A DNA stretch of 64,000 nt from Spirochaetia bacterium (GCA_965140585.1 OZ223270.1:384001-448000), one strand, 5' to 3'. Shown: positions 37,107 to 47,064, numbered from the stretch's first letter. Translations and numbers: made by a program. Notes: generated from the letters alone by a model not told the origin.

Positions 37107-38048
37107 ATGAATAAAACTCTGTTACTGCCTTTTAAATTTATTCTAATTTTCGTTATCAGTATGGCAGTATTATGCCTTTTTATAATACTTCAGCGCTGGG
37201 GGATTAATACATCTCCTGATATTAACTTCCGTGTAAACCTTATTTATTATCTTCCCGGAGCTCTGAAAAGCAGTCTATTCCCCAGCCTCTCTACCGCAGT
37301 AATTCTTACAGTTTTTGACGACCCCAAAAACAGTGGAAGGTTTTTATCTATTATAATTATAGCCGTTTTGTCATTTCTTATATTATTTTTCGGGTTTAAA
37401 ACAATTTCTCTTATTCAGGAAACTTCCACAGGGTACAGCTATCAACCGCTTCAGGCCGGTAAATTGCTGAGTACTGAGGAGGGTATTATCTATACTTCAT
37501 CTGTTTCTGACAGCGGTTATTCAGGTGTTATTACCAGAAAACCCGGCCCGCAGAACCTTTTTCAATATTATCAGTCCGGATATATTAATCCTGAGAATAC
37601 TGAAAAAATCATCCTTGATAACAACACATTTTTTGATATTGAACCCAGAAATCCTGAATATAATAATGTATTTAAATCAAGAGGTCTTTTAATGCAGTAT
37701 TTTGGCGACCTCGAGTTCGTAACCGAATCTATTTATAAAACTGAAAGTTCAGGCAATAAAGATTTTATATTTATATCTGCAGCTTTCAGCTTATTTTTAG
37801 CCGTATGCCTGCTATTTCTTAATATTACAATCTGGCCGATGTTTAATATTATGCTGATCCTTTTTATCCATCGAATGGGATATTATATCTTCAGACTGTT
37901 TTCATCTGAACTGGATTTTATTACTGACACTTTTTTCGGAGGTAACATTCCATTTAATCTTCCGCTGATAACAATACTGGCAATATCGGTACTTATTTTG
38001 ATAGTCGGTGTTTTGTTCAGACCATATAAAATAAAGAGGAACAACTGA
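37107..38048 (+). CDS. Hypothetical membrane protein (3 TM, periplasmic domain, 3 TM; LptF/G-like topology)
   Basis: Hydropathy pattern only. Confidence 0.6.
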   Translation: MNKTLLLPFKFILIFVISMAVLCLFIILQRWGINTSPDINFRVNLIYYLPGALKSSLFPSLSTAVILTVFDDPKNSGRFLSIIIIAVLSFLILFFGFKTISLIQETSTGYSYQPLQAGKLLSTEEGIIYTSSVSDSGYSGVITRKPGPQNLFQYYQSGYINPENTEKIILDNNTFFDIEPRNPEYNNVFKSRGLLMQYFGDLEFVTESIYKTESSGNKDFIFISAAFSLFLAVCLLFLNITIWPMFNIMLILFIHRMGYYIFRLFSSELDFITDTFFGGNIPFNLPLITILAISVLILIVGVLFRPYKIKRNN

Positions 38049-38049
38049 T

Positions 38050-39768
38050 ATGAAAATGTCGCTTCCTAAACGCTTTCTTATTATCAGTATTTCATGCTAT
38101 GCTGCTGCGTTTTTTCTTTTGATCGCCGTCAGTTTTTTCCAGTTTGCTCCGAAAGAAATTGATACAAGCTTCCGATCTGTATGGGTTTTCAATAACAGTA
38201 TGCTTCTGTTCTTTAATAATCTGATATCTATACAGGGCCTTGCGGTTCTTCTTACTTTTTCTGTCTTCTACCCTACCGGAGAATACGGAATAAAAGCCCT
38301 TACATTAAAAGCATTTAATCAGACCGTCACAATAATTATTGTTATCCTGCTCTGTTTTACCGCACTGTTTTTTACCGGTAATGAAATATTCAAACCGGGA
38401 ATATATTCACGACTGGACCTGCTGAAAATCCAGACGGAAACCAGCAGAACCTATTATGAGCAGGCTTTGAACTACCGGGAAGATAACGAACTTGTAAAAG
38501 CAAGGGAGATGATTGAAAGATTTCTTGCTGTAAAGCCGGAAGATACCGCCGGAGAAGAACTTTATGATGATATCATCGAAAGGATAAATATCCAGTTTGC
38601 GGAATCATCAGATGAAGACACTATAAGACCCGGTACCATCGAAACATCTGAATTAACCTACGATCAGGCTGTTCTGCTGGCAAGAAATTACCTTAAAAAA
38701 GATGATTTTTACTCAGCCTACTATTATGCCTCTATTGCTTCAGGGTTATCAAACTCTCCGAAAGAAGCGAAAGAACTTTCTGCACAAGCATGGATCGGGC
38801 TCTCTGAAGAGGCTCCCGACAGGGAGGAAGAAGAGGAGTACCAGCTTTTCAGCCGGAAAAAACATGGTGCAGAACTACTTCTCAGCGGACGGGCGATTGA
38901 TGCATATTATCTTTATAAGGAACTTTCAGTTGATTATCCCAATGATCCCGATGTAATCAAGTATTTAAGGGAAAGCCTGTCTGCTGCTGTTAAGTTAACC
39001 TATTTTACTGACGACGCCGCAACTGCCCTGAAATTTCCAGGAATTATTGATATCTGCTTTATCAACTACAGCGACGAAACAGAAAAAGAAATTATTTATA
39101 TTGAAAAAATGGTCAGGACTGCAGAGGGAATCTTCTATAAAGGGATAGAAGTACTTGATTTTAAAAGAGGCTCCGGAATTACCGGTCATTTCACTGCGCT
39201 TTACGGCAAAGCCGTCGGGGACCATATTGTCCTCAACGGAATAGACAGGGAAAACCCCAATATACGGGTTTATCCGGAGTATTTGGTAACTGATAAAATG
39301 CCGGAGATGTATAACACACTTAAACTATATCCTGCCCCCGAGCAGCTTCGAGGCTTAAGCGCCGATAAGAACATCTATAAAAAGCTGAACCTGCCTGAGC
39401 TTCTGGAATTTGAAAAAACAGTTGGCAGCTACGGATGGAATTCTCAGCAGATATATTTTGAAATATTCACGCGGATTCTTAATCCCTGCGGTTTTCTTCT
39501 TTTTTCTTTCCTAATGATTGCACTCGGATGGAAGTACAGAAGGGCACAGCGAAAATTCCCTCTTGCATCGTTTATACTGCTGCCGATAACAGTTTATATC
39601 ACTTACCTGGCAGCGGAAACTTATACATTTACTATAAATACTATCGGAGCCTTCATGCTGCTCAGATTCGGAAGTACCTTTTCAATTGCTTTAACTGCGG
39701 TCAGCCAGGTTCTGCTGCTTTTAATCACATTCCTGATGATTTCCGGACTTAACTTAAAGGATGATTGA
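38050..39768 (+). CDS. Hypothetical membrane protein with TPR-like periplasmic region (LptF/G-like topology)
   Basis: 3 TM, TPR-like helices, beta region, 3 TM (RILNP...ALGW). Confidence 0.65.
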   Translation: MKMSLPKRFLIISISCYAAAFFLLIAVSFFQFAPKEIDTSFRSVWVFNNSMLLFFNNLISIQGLAVLLTFSVFYPTGEYGIKALTLKAFNQTVTIIIVILLCFTALFFTGNEIFKPGIYSRLDLLKIQTETSRTYYEQALNYREDNELVKAREMIERFLAVKPEDTAGEELYDDIIERINIQFAESSDEDTIRPGTIETSELTYDQAVLLARNYLKKDDFYSAYYYASIASGLSNSPKEAKELSAQAWIGLSEEAPDREEEEEYQLFSRKKHGAELLLSGRAIDAYYLYKELSVDYPNDPDVIKYLRESLSAAVKLTYFTDDAATALKFPGIIDICFINYSDETEKEIIYIEKMVRTAEGIFYKGIEVLDFKRGSGITGHFTALYGKAVGDHIVLNGIDRENPNIRVYPEYLVTDKMPEMYNTLKLYPAPEQLRGLSADKNIYKKLNLPELLEFEKTVGSYGWNSQQIYFEIFTRILNPCGFLLFSFLMIALGWKYRRAQRKFPLASFILLPITVYITYLAAETYTFTINTIGAFMLLRFGSTFSIALTAVSQVLLLLITFLMISGLNLKDD

Positions 39769-40525
39769 CTCCCTGTTTAAAAAACATATCCTCAAAATTG
39801 CACTGCCTCTGATCGGAGTTATTTCAGGGCTGGGAATCTTCGGAATAATTTTCGGCCTGATAGCCGGTGTTTTTCTGGATACATTATTGTACGGCCTGAT
39901 ACAGAAAAACCGGATACTGCAGAAGTACACCCGGATAAGCCCTGATTCGGAATACGATAATGAAACCCTGAGACTGTCAGCATCCTATGTATTATGGGCT
40001 GTTTACAGTTTCAGCGGAATTCCTGATTCAGCCATTCAATACAGCACCCGGGAATTGTCTGATAGGATATCAATAGATGCAATCCACAATCTTGAAACAC
40101 TAAAATATAAATTCAATGATGGGCAGAGCCTGCAAATAGCTGAATATTTCGGTAATCATGCAAATAAAGCTATCAAACGAACGATTGTAGAGCATCTGGG
40201 AGGCGCAGGATGGGCCAGTGTGATTACAAGAGCACCATCAATAAATAAGTCAAATATGGTGCTTAAAATAATTCATCTCGCAGGGTTAAGCAAATTAATT
40301 CTTGAAAGTCAAAACAGCGATAAAATAGAGGATGACTACCTGATACTCGGGCTTTCACCAGAAGCCGGCTGTGATGAAATAAAGAAGGTCTATCACCGGC
40401 TGGCTACAGAGTTTCATCCAGACAACAGCCATGGCCTCACCGAAACGGAAATAGAACTGAAGACAAAAGCCTTTATAAGGATAAAAGAAGCCTGCGACAG
40501 GCTTCTGGAGATATGCGATGAATGA
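39761..40525 (+). CDS. DjlA-like membrane-anchored J-domain protein
   Basis: N-terminal Gly-rich TM, C-terminal YLILGL...YHRLATEFHPD. Confidence 0.8.
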   Translation: MIDSLFKKHILKIALPLIGVISGLGIFGIIFGLIAGVFLDTLLYGLIQKNRILQKYTRISPDSEYDNETLRLSASYVLWAVYSFSGIPDSAIQYSTRELSDRISIDAIHNLETLKYKFNDGQSLQIAEYFGNHANKAIKRTIVEHLGGAGWASVITRAPSINKSNMVLKIIHLAGLSKLILESQNSDKIEDDYLILGLSPEAGCDEIKKVYHRLATEFHPDNSHGLTETEIELKTKAFIRIKEACDRLLEICDE

Positions 40526-40547
40526 ACCAGGAGCCTTAGCCCTGGTT
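40525..40547. terminator. Small hairpin between convergent genes, possible bidirectional terminator
   Basis: AACCAGG...CCTGGTT inverted repeat. Confidence 0.45.
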
Positions 40548-40548
40548 T

Positions 40549-41829
40549 CTAATTATCAACCCGCTGAATACGCGCGCCGAGAGAATTAAGCCTTTTGCAT
40601 AGCTTTTCATAGCCGCGCTCAATCTGGTAGACATTTCCAATAACGCTCTGGCCCTCTGCACATAGAGCTGCTATTACCATTGCCATACCGGCACGGACAT
40701 CCGGAGAAACCAGATATGAAGCTTTAAGCCTTGAGGGGCCGCTAACAACAGCCCTGTGCGGATCACAGAGTATAATTCTGGCACCCATGCCGATAAGCTT
40801 ATCTACAAAAAACATTCGGGACTCGAACATCTTCTCATGAATAAGGATTGTTCCGTCGACCTGGGTTGCAACAACAGTCATTATGCTGGTCAAATCAGCC
40901 GGAAACCCGGGCCAGGGAGCATCGTCAATCTTGGGTATCATGCCGCCCATGTCCGGAACAACCTTCAGATCAAGCCCCTTGGGAATATGTATATCAGAAC
41001 CGTCGGTTTCCCAGTGGATTCCCATTTTGGCAAAACCGAGCCTGGTCATCCGAAGATGTTCAGGAGCCGCTTTTTTGATTGTAAGCTCTCCTCGTGTAAC
41101 AGCAGCGAGACCTATAAAAGAACCGACTTCCATAAAATCAGAACCTATATCGAACTGTGCGCCATGAAGCTTTCTAACACCATCTATATGCAGGACATTC
41201 GAACCAATTCCGGTAATATCAGCACCCATGGCATTAAGCATATTGCAGAGATCCTGAACGTGCGGTTCAGAGGCGGCATTGCGGATAATACTTTTACCCT
41301 TTGCCATGACAGCGGCCATTATTGCGTTTTCAGTTGCTGTTACCGAAGCTTCATCAAGGAAGATATCCTCTCCGACCAGCTTATTGGCAACAAGTTTGAA
41401 AACGCCATCAATTTCAACCCGAGCCCCAAGCTCGGTAAAGGCCATAAAGTGAGTGTCGAGTCTTCTACGGCCTATAACATCTCCCCCCGGCGGAGGCAGA
41501 ATGACCTTTCCGGTTCGTGCAAGCAGAGGCCCTGCAAATAGAATGGAAGCGCGGATAGATCTGGCCTTCTCGGGCGGTATTTCACTTTTAGTGATATTCT
41601 GGGTCTTAACCCTATACCGTCCGTGAGAATCTTCTTTTACATCAGCACCCAGATCGGCAAGAATTTCAAGCATTACCCTTACATCTTCAATATCAGGAAG
41701 ATTTCCCAGCAGGATTTCTTCATCTGTCAGTAGACAGGCGGCAATGCACGGCAGCGCAGCATTTTTGTTTCCGCTAGCTGTAATTTCTCCGTTAATAGGA
41801 AAGCTTCCGTCTATTATATATTTACTCAA
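40549..41829 (-). CDS. murA: UDP-N-acetylglucosamine 1-carboxyvinyltransferase (Asp-type)
   Basis: SGNKNAALP, RASIL, PGGDVIGRR, PWPGFPAD, FESR, IERGYE. Confidence 0.96.
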   Translation of the reverse strand: MSKYIIDGSFPINGEITASGNKNAALPCIAACLLTDEEILLGNLPDIEDVRVMLEILADLGADVKEDSHGRYRVKTQNITKSEIPPEKARSIRASILFAGPLLARTGKVILPPPGGDVIGRRRLDTHFMAFTELGARVEIDGVFKLVANKLVGEDIFLDEASVTATENAIMAAVMAKGKSIIRNAASEPHVQDLCNMLNAMGADITGIGSNVLHIDGVRKLHGAQFDIGSDFMEVGSFIGLAAVTRGELTIKKAAPEHLRMTRLGFAKMGIHWETDGSDIHIPKGLDLKVVPDMGGMIPKIDDAPWPGFPADLTSIMTVVATQVDGTILIHEKMFESRMFFVDKLIGMGARIILCDPHRAVVSGPSRLKASYLVSPDVRAGMAMVIAALCAEGQSVIGNVYQIERGYEKLCKRLNSLGARIQRVDN

Positions 41830-41847
41830 AAAATTAACTCCTGGTTG

Positions 41848-43113
41848 CTATTGTCCCGGGCAGAAACAAAACTGCTTCTGCTGAAAAGGATTCTTGTTCA
41901 TTTTCAAATTTGCAAGACATATCCGGCTCTCACCGTCTGCCGCAAACCTGACAGAAACCCTGTGGTTGAAATTACCGCGATCAGCATATGAAAACGGAGT
42001 CTCCATTATTTCAGGAAAAATAACCCCTGAAAAACCATCACGATCGAAAAAATTATCTTCTCCCCACTCTTCACTATCGGCAGGTTTAAAAATCTTTTCA
42101 AGGATTTCATGGTCTTTAAGACCTGCAGCCCTCAGTTTATCCAGATATTCGTCCTCAACAGCCATATCAAGAAACCCTGAATAATCTCCTGACCATAAAA
42201 GAGCAGAACACCTGTCAAAAAAAGTTTTCAGGTTTCTGACAATATTTGTATTTCTATATTCTGAAAATTCCCTGCTGTTCCATTTATACCATGTAAGAAA
42301 GGTTTCAAATCCTGTACCTTCCTCAAAACCCTGTTCATGAACAACAATATCAAGATATCCGTCTTTATCAATATCTTCAACAAGGGTGATTACAGATAGA
42401 TTTTCTTCTATTGTAAAATGGGTAATTCCGTAACCGTTCAGAATTACTAGCTGCCGAACGATTCCTGCCCTCGTTCGGAACGATATATCCAGGCAATATG
42501 GAAAATCATTACCTATATGCACCTCAAGCTGAGACATACCATTCAGAACCTGCTGCCTTGCGACGGGTATTGTATACCTCAGATAGAGAGTTCCGTCAAT
42601 CTGGTAAAAAACCAGTAGAAAATATCCATAATAATCTTTGTCTGAGCTGAACAGCCTGGAAGAATCTGAAAGCCTGGCGAAAGATGCATCCGTATCCTTG
42701 TCTCCTTCAACGGCAAGCAGAAGCAGATCATTAAATCCGTTTTTATCAAGATCATGCTCTATCATTAGAGGTGCCCTGTTTTCTGTTACTGTCCTCATAT
42801 TCCATGGCACCAGATTCAGCGCAGATGAAATAAGTACAGGAGTTGTCAGCGGGACAGATTCCGGGCGGACTGACTCATCAGTAACAGGGTCAGGATTTAT
42901 ATTTTCTATGCCGGTATTTTCATTCTGAATAGATTCCGCATGCGAAACTTCCTGATTCTCTGCAGAAGAAGTATTTGCTGCAGGGTCAATTGTTTCATTC
43001 CCGGTCTCTATATTTGGAGCGGAATCATTTACATTATTGATATCTGCTGTAGCGCAGGACCAGAGGAGGAGCCCGAAGACAGTAAGCGACAAAAAGGGTG
43101 AAACTTTCCGCAT
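41848..43113 (-). CDS. Hypothetical lipoprotein with two FG-GAP/Ca-binding-like motifs
   Basis: Lipobox LWSC, low-complexity linker, DLDKNGFND and DIDKDGYLD. Confidence 0.7.
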   Translation of the reverse strand: MRKVSPFLSLTVFGLLLWSCATADINNVNDSAPNIETGNETIDPAANTSSAENQEVSHAESIQNENTGIENINPDPVTDESVRPESVPLTTPVLISSALNLVPWNMRTVTENRAPLMIEHDLDKNGFNDLLLLAVEGDKDTDASFARLSDSSRLFSSDKDYYGYFLLVFYQIDGTLYLRYTIPVARQQVLNGMSQLEVHIGNDFPYCLDISFRTRAGIVRQLVILNGYGITHFTIEENLSVITLVEDIDKDGYLDIVVHEQGFEEGTGFETFLTWYKWNSREFSEYRNTNIVRNLKTFFDRCSALLWSGDYSGFLDMAVEDEYLDKLRAAGLKDHEILEKIFKPADSEEWGEDNFFDRDGFSGVIFPEIMETPFSYADRGNFNHRVSVRFAADGESRICLANLKMNKNPFQQKQFCFCPGQ

Positions 43114-43120
43114 CTGCTTA

Positions 43121-43149
43121 AATATACCAGCTTAGATTCCCACATTCAA
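43121..43149 (-). promoter_or_regulatory. Sigma-70 promoter, probably leaderless lipoprotein transcript
   Basis: TTGAAT-17-TATATT with TGn, 7 nt before the ATG. Confidence 0.6.
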
Positions 43150-43249
43150 GCCTTTGAAAAACAGAGTAAGTTCTGCTCTGCTTTACACTTATGGGAAAAA
43201 ATGCTTAGATAGGCATACAGAAACCGTATAATCCATCTGGAGCATAATA

Positions 43250-44626
43250 ATGAAAACAATGAAATTCGGGGGAAGCTCCGTAAAAGACGCAGAAAAGATT
43301 AGAAACGTAGCTTCAATTGTAATAGCTGAGTCAGAAAAGACCAAGGTAGCAGTTGTTCTGTCGGCCATGAAAGGTATCACAGATAACCTGCTTGAATGCG
43401 CCGATCTTGCAGTTCAGGGTAACATCGCCTATAAAACAATACTTAAAGATATAACCGAAAGAGAATTTACAGCCTTTGATGAGTTGATTGGAAAAGAGAA
43501 CGAATCTGAAGCCAGAGTAAGCCTGTCAGAAATGCTTGAGGAGCTGAAAGAAATCCTTCTTGGTGTACAGATGGTGAAGGAATGCTCTGTCAGAAGCCAG
43601 GATCTGATTGTAAGCTTCGGTGAGCGCATGAACAATACTGTATGTGCCGCTTATCTTCGATCTGTCGGAATCAAAGCTACATATGTTGATACGAGAAAAC
43701 TGATTCTAACAGATGATAATTTCGGCGCTGCCCGGGTAAACTATAAAGAAAGCTACATGCGGATAAGGGAGCACCTTTCAAGTATTGAGGGTATACCCGT
43801 AATAACAGGCTTCATAGGCGCTACCGAAGACGGAATAACTACAACACTCGGAAGAAACGGTTCGGATTTTACAGCATCCATTATAGCAGGTGCCACCGGT
43901 AGTGAAATTGTTGAAATCTGGACTGATGTTGACGGAGTTCTCAGTGCCGACCCCAGAATCGTTGAAGATGCATTTGTTATTCCGGAACTTACATACACCG
44001 ATGCGATGGAGCTTTCATACTTCGGTGCAGAAGTTATACATCCGTATACAATGATTCCTGCTGTTGAGAAAAACATTCCAATTATAATAAAAAATACAAT
44101 GAACCCTTCTGCACCCGGTACTGTTATTGCTGCGACAATCAAGCCGCACAGCAGACCGATAACCGGTATCGCTTCAGTAAAAGATACTGCAATCGTAAAT
44201 ATTGAAGGAAGCGGAATGACCGGAAAACCGGGGATTGCAGGCACCGTCTTCACCGCAATGGCTGAGGCAGGCATCAATATTATTATGATATCTCAGGCTT
44301 CAAGTGAACACAGCATCTGCCTAGTTCTGAAGGAAGCTCAGGCCATAAAGGCTGTTGAAATACTCAATGAAAAACTTGCTGTTTATATCAAGAATAAGAG
44401 AATTGAAGGTGTACAGATTAGAAAGGGACTGGAAATTGTAGCCGTTATCGGAGAAAGCATGATTGGAACTCCCGGTATTGCAGGCAAAATCTTCAGCGCT
44501 CTGGGTGAAGCAAGTGTTAACATCCTGGCAATTGCACAGGGCTCAAGTGAACGCAATATTTCATTTGTAGTAGATAAGGCTGATAAAAACCTCGCCCTTA
44601 ATACCGTTCACAAGGCCTTTTTATAA
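43250..44626 (+). CDS. Aspartate kinase (monofunctional, ThrA-like AK plus two ACT domains)
   Basis: MKFGGSS, TTLGRNGSD, WTDVDG, ELSYFGAEV, QASSE/QGSSE ACT motifs; no homoserine dehydrogenase domain. Confidence 0.93.
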   Translation: MKTMKFGGSSVKDAEKIRNVASIVIAESEKTKVAVVLSAMKGITDNLLECADLAVQGNIAYKTILKDITEREFTAFDELIGKENESEARVSLSEMLEELKEILLGVQMVKECSVRSQDLIVSFGERMNNTVCAAYLRSVGIKATYVDTRKLILTDDNFGAARVNYKESYMRIREHLSSIEGIPVITGFIGATEDGITTTLGRNGSDFTASIIAGATGSEIVEIWTDVDGVLSADPRIVEDAFVIPELTYTDAMELSYFGAEVIHPYTMIPAVEKNIPIIIKNTMNPSAPGTVIAATIKPHSRPITGIASVKDTAIVNIEGSGMTGKPGIAGTVFTAMAEAGINIIMISQASSEHSICLVLKEAQAIKAVEILNEKLAVYIKNKRIEGVQIRKGLEIVAVIGESMIGTPGIAGKIFSALGEASVNILAIAQGSSERNISFVVDKADKNLALNTVHKAFL

Positions 44627-44651
44627 TTGAAAGTTTTCAAGGGAGAACTAA

Positions 44652-45950
44652 ATGAAATTTTACAGTACCAGAAATAAAGACAGTAAGGTTACTTTTAAAG
44701 AAGCTATATTCAAAGGACTTGCACCTGACGGAGGGCTATATATGCCCGAAGTAATGCCGGATATGAAGGATATGCTTGATTCATTCGATGAAAACACTTC
44801 TTTCAATGAAATGGCGACCGAGGTTGCATACAGACTGCTTAGTGAAGAGCTTGATAAAGACGCTGTGAAAAGAATATGTGACAGGGCTTTTGATTTTATC
44901 CCTGCCCTCGTACAGCTTGATGATAATATCAGCATACTTGAGCTTTATCATGGTCCATCCTGCGCTTTCAAGGACTACGGTGCATCATTTCTTGCATCCT
45001 CTATGGAAGAATATCTTAAGACTGATGATCGCAAGGCTGTCATTCTTACTGCAACAAGCGGAGATACCGGCAGTGCGGTTGCACGTGCTTTTTATGATAA
45101 ACAGAACATCGATGTAGTTATTCTGTATCCTTCAGGAAGAGTAAGTCCTCTTCAGGAGAAGCAGCTTACAACCCTTGGTAAGAATATCAAGGCGCTTGAA
45201 GTTAAAGGCTCCTTTGACGACTGCCAGCGAATGGTTAAAGAGGCTTTTATTGATCAGAAGCTTGCTGTTGATTATAACCTGACATCAGCAAACTCAATCA
45301 GTCTCGGCCGCCTTATTCCTCAGTCTTTCTACTACATCTGGGCCTGGGCACAGGCAAAAAACAGGGAAAACCTCTGGTTCTGTGTACCAAGCGGAAATTT
45401 CGGAAACCTGACTGCAGGGCTTATGGCTCATCGCTGGGGAATGGGAAATGAAGGTTTTATTGCAGCGACAAACATTAATGATGTAGTACCTGAGTACCTT
45501 AAAAAGGGAAAGTTCAGCCCGCGGGCATCACAGCTTACTCTGTCCAACGCAATGGACGTAGGAAACCCCAGCAACTTTGAGAGAATGCTTGAACTTTTTA
45601 ATGAGTCACACAGTGAAATGTCAGGGCTTATTAAGGAAGAGGTTGTAACAGACACAGAAACAAAGAAGACTATAAAAGAAGTGCTTGAACAGAAGGGTTA
45701 CGAGATGGATCCGCATACTGCGGTAGGATATCTTGCTTCAAAGCGTTTCACAGAAGCAAATAAGAATGCTCAGATTATCAGTCTTTCAACAGCACATCCG
45801 GGCAAGTTTACCGAAGTTTATGAGGAAGCAACCGGAAAAAAACCGGGACTCCCCCAAAGGCTTCAGGATGTAATGAAACTTGAAAAGAAGTCTGTTGTTG
45901 TTGATAATACAACTGAATCCCTGAAGGATTTCATCAAAACATCATTCTGA
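44652..45950 (+). CDS. thrC: Threonine synthase
   Basis: GLAPDGGL, HGPSCAFKD, ATSGDTG, VPSGNFGN, TAHPGKF. Confidence 0.95.
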   Translation: MKFYSTRNKDSKVTFKEAIFKGLAPDGGLYMPEVMPDMKDMLDSFDENTSFNEMATEVAYRLLSEELDKDAVKRICDRAFDFIPALVQLDDNISILELYHGPSCAFKDYGASFLASSMEEYLKTDDRKAVILTATSGDTGSAVARAFYDKQNIDVVILYPSGRVSPLQEKQLTTLGKNIKALEVKGSFDDCQRMVKEAFIDQKLAVDYNLTSANSISLGRLIPQSFYYIWAWAQAKNRENLWFCVPSGNFGNLTAGLMAHRWGMGNEGFIAATNINDVVPEYLKKGKFSPRASQLTLSNAMDVGNPSNFERMLELFNESHSEMSGLIKEEVVTDTETKKTIKEVLEQKGYEMDPHTAVGYLASKRFTEANKNAQIISLSTAHPGKFTEVYEEATGKKPGLPQRLQDVMKLEKKSVVVDNTTESLKDFIKTSF

Positions 45951-45967
45951 TTATTCAGAATGGTTTA
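45941..45967 (+). terminator. Hairpin at the thrC stop, between convergent genes
   Basis: CATTCTGA-TTAT-TCAGAATG followed by T residues. Confidence 0.45.
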
Positions 45968-47047
45968 TTCAACGTACATTCTAAGCAGTTTTTTACCGTC
46001 TGCTGATCTGAAGGGGTTCTTTTTGTTTTTCAGGAAGGATTTATAGGTTCGGCAGGCATCGTAATAGGGTTCCGGGCTCCTGAAGGTTGACAGCAGGTCG
46101 CATCTGAAGACTTCAAGGAGAATCGGAAACAGTGAAGAGGACATGTCCGATTCGATTCTATATGCCGGCAGTCGTGGAATTGCTGCCGGCAGCATATGTC
46201 TTTCTACCAGATAGCATACATTTTTTATCATCTCTGATTCAAAGCCAAGTTTTTTCATAAATCTAAAGGCAGTACTTGAACCAATCTGAGCATGCCGGTC
46301 AAAGCGGTTTCCGTCTGCCTGTTTAGAGTCTGGCTTGCCGATATCATGCAGCAGCAGTGCAAGCGACAATGTCAAATCAGTTGTTTTACGGTAGGAGAAG
46401 GTTTCAAGAGTATGCTTCCAGACATCTCCCTCGGGGTGATATTCCTTTGAATGATCAAGTCCGGATAAAGCCGCCAGCTCAGGCCAGAACTCATCGATAA
46501 AGCCTGTCTTTTTCAGAAAGGACAGGCCATTAGCCGGATTCTTTCCAGTCAGAATCTTTTCAAGCATCAGATTTTGATACAGAACCGAAGGCTCTTCCGA
46601 ATAACCTGAGGTTCCGGTCATAACATTTTCAAGTAGCTCTTCGCTTAATGAAAAACCATATCTGGATATTAAAACCGCCGATTCAAGGTTCAGCCTCCAG
46701 CTGTATGACTGAAAACTGTCTGAAATCAGCCTGAGCTCACGCTTTCTAAGTTCCGGATAACATCCCGGTTTATCATAAAAAACATTCCGGCCGCTGTCAT
46801 AAAGCAGGTTGCATACTGAAAAAGGGTGTTCCGGAACATCTTCAACAGAATCAATGCATTTGATATATATGCTTTCATCATTTTCAGTAAGCACAGCATC
46901 AGCTTCTTCAACTCCCGGATATTCAAGTTCATGGTCTTCCCCTGCAAGCTCAGCGAGATCCCCAATATAGTATGCAAACTTTGGTGTAATAGTATTTTGA
47001 TCGTAGTATCGTTCAAGAGAGGAAATGCCGTAGAGCAGAGAATTCAC
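45965..47047 (-). CDS. HD-domain protein related to the C-terminal part of CCA-adding enzyme/poly(A) polymerase
   Basis: YHPEGDVWKHT, LLHDIGKP, HAQIG, ERHM; N-terminal nucleotidyltransferase motifs degenerate. Confidence 0.78.
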   Translation of the reverse strand: MNSLLYGISSLERYYDQNTITPKFAYYIGDLAELAGEDHELEYPGVEEADAVLTENDESIYIKCIDSVEDVPEHPFSVCNLLYDSGRNVFYDKPGCYPELRKRELRLISDSFQSYSWRLNLESAVLISRYGFSLSEELLENVMTGTSGYSEEPSVLYQNLMLEKILTGKNPANGLSFLKKTGFIDEFWPELAALSGLDHSKEYHPEGDVWKHTLETFSYRKTTDLTLSLALLLHDIGKPDSKQADGNRFDRHAQIGSSTAFRFMKKLGFESEMIKNVCYLVERHMLPAAIPRLPAYRIESDMSSSLFPILLEVFRCDLLSTFRSPEPYYDACRTYKSFLKNKKNPFRSADGKKLLRMYVE

Positions 47048-47064
47048 TCAGTCCACCTTTGTTT

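Noticed and set aside
41483-41488. G6 run in murA as a phase-variation tract
   Set aside because: Short, encodes the conserved PGG motif, and lies in an essential gene.
40756-41541. 261-aa ORF antisense to murA
   Set aside because: Fully overlaps a conserved gene on the opposite strand with no recognisable motif; a typical antisense shadow ORF.
43150-43249. Possible lysine riboswitch or thr attenuator before aspartate kinase
   Set aside because: Too short. Only a small hairpin (CAGAGTA...TGCTCTG) upstream of a TATAAT at 43227, and no Thr/Ile-rich leader peptide.
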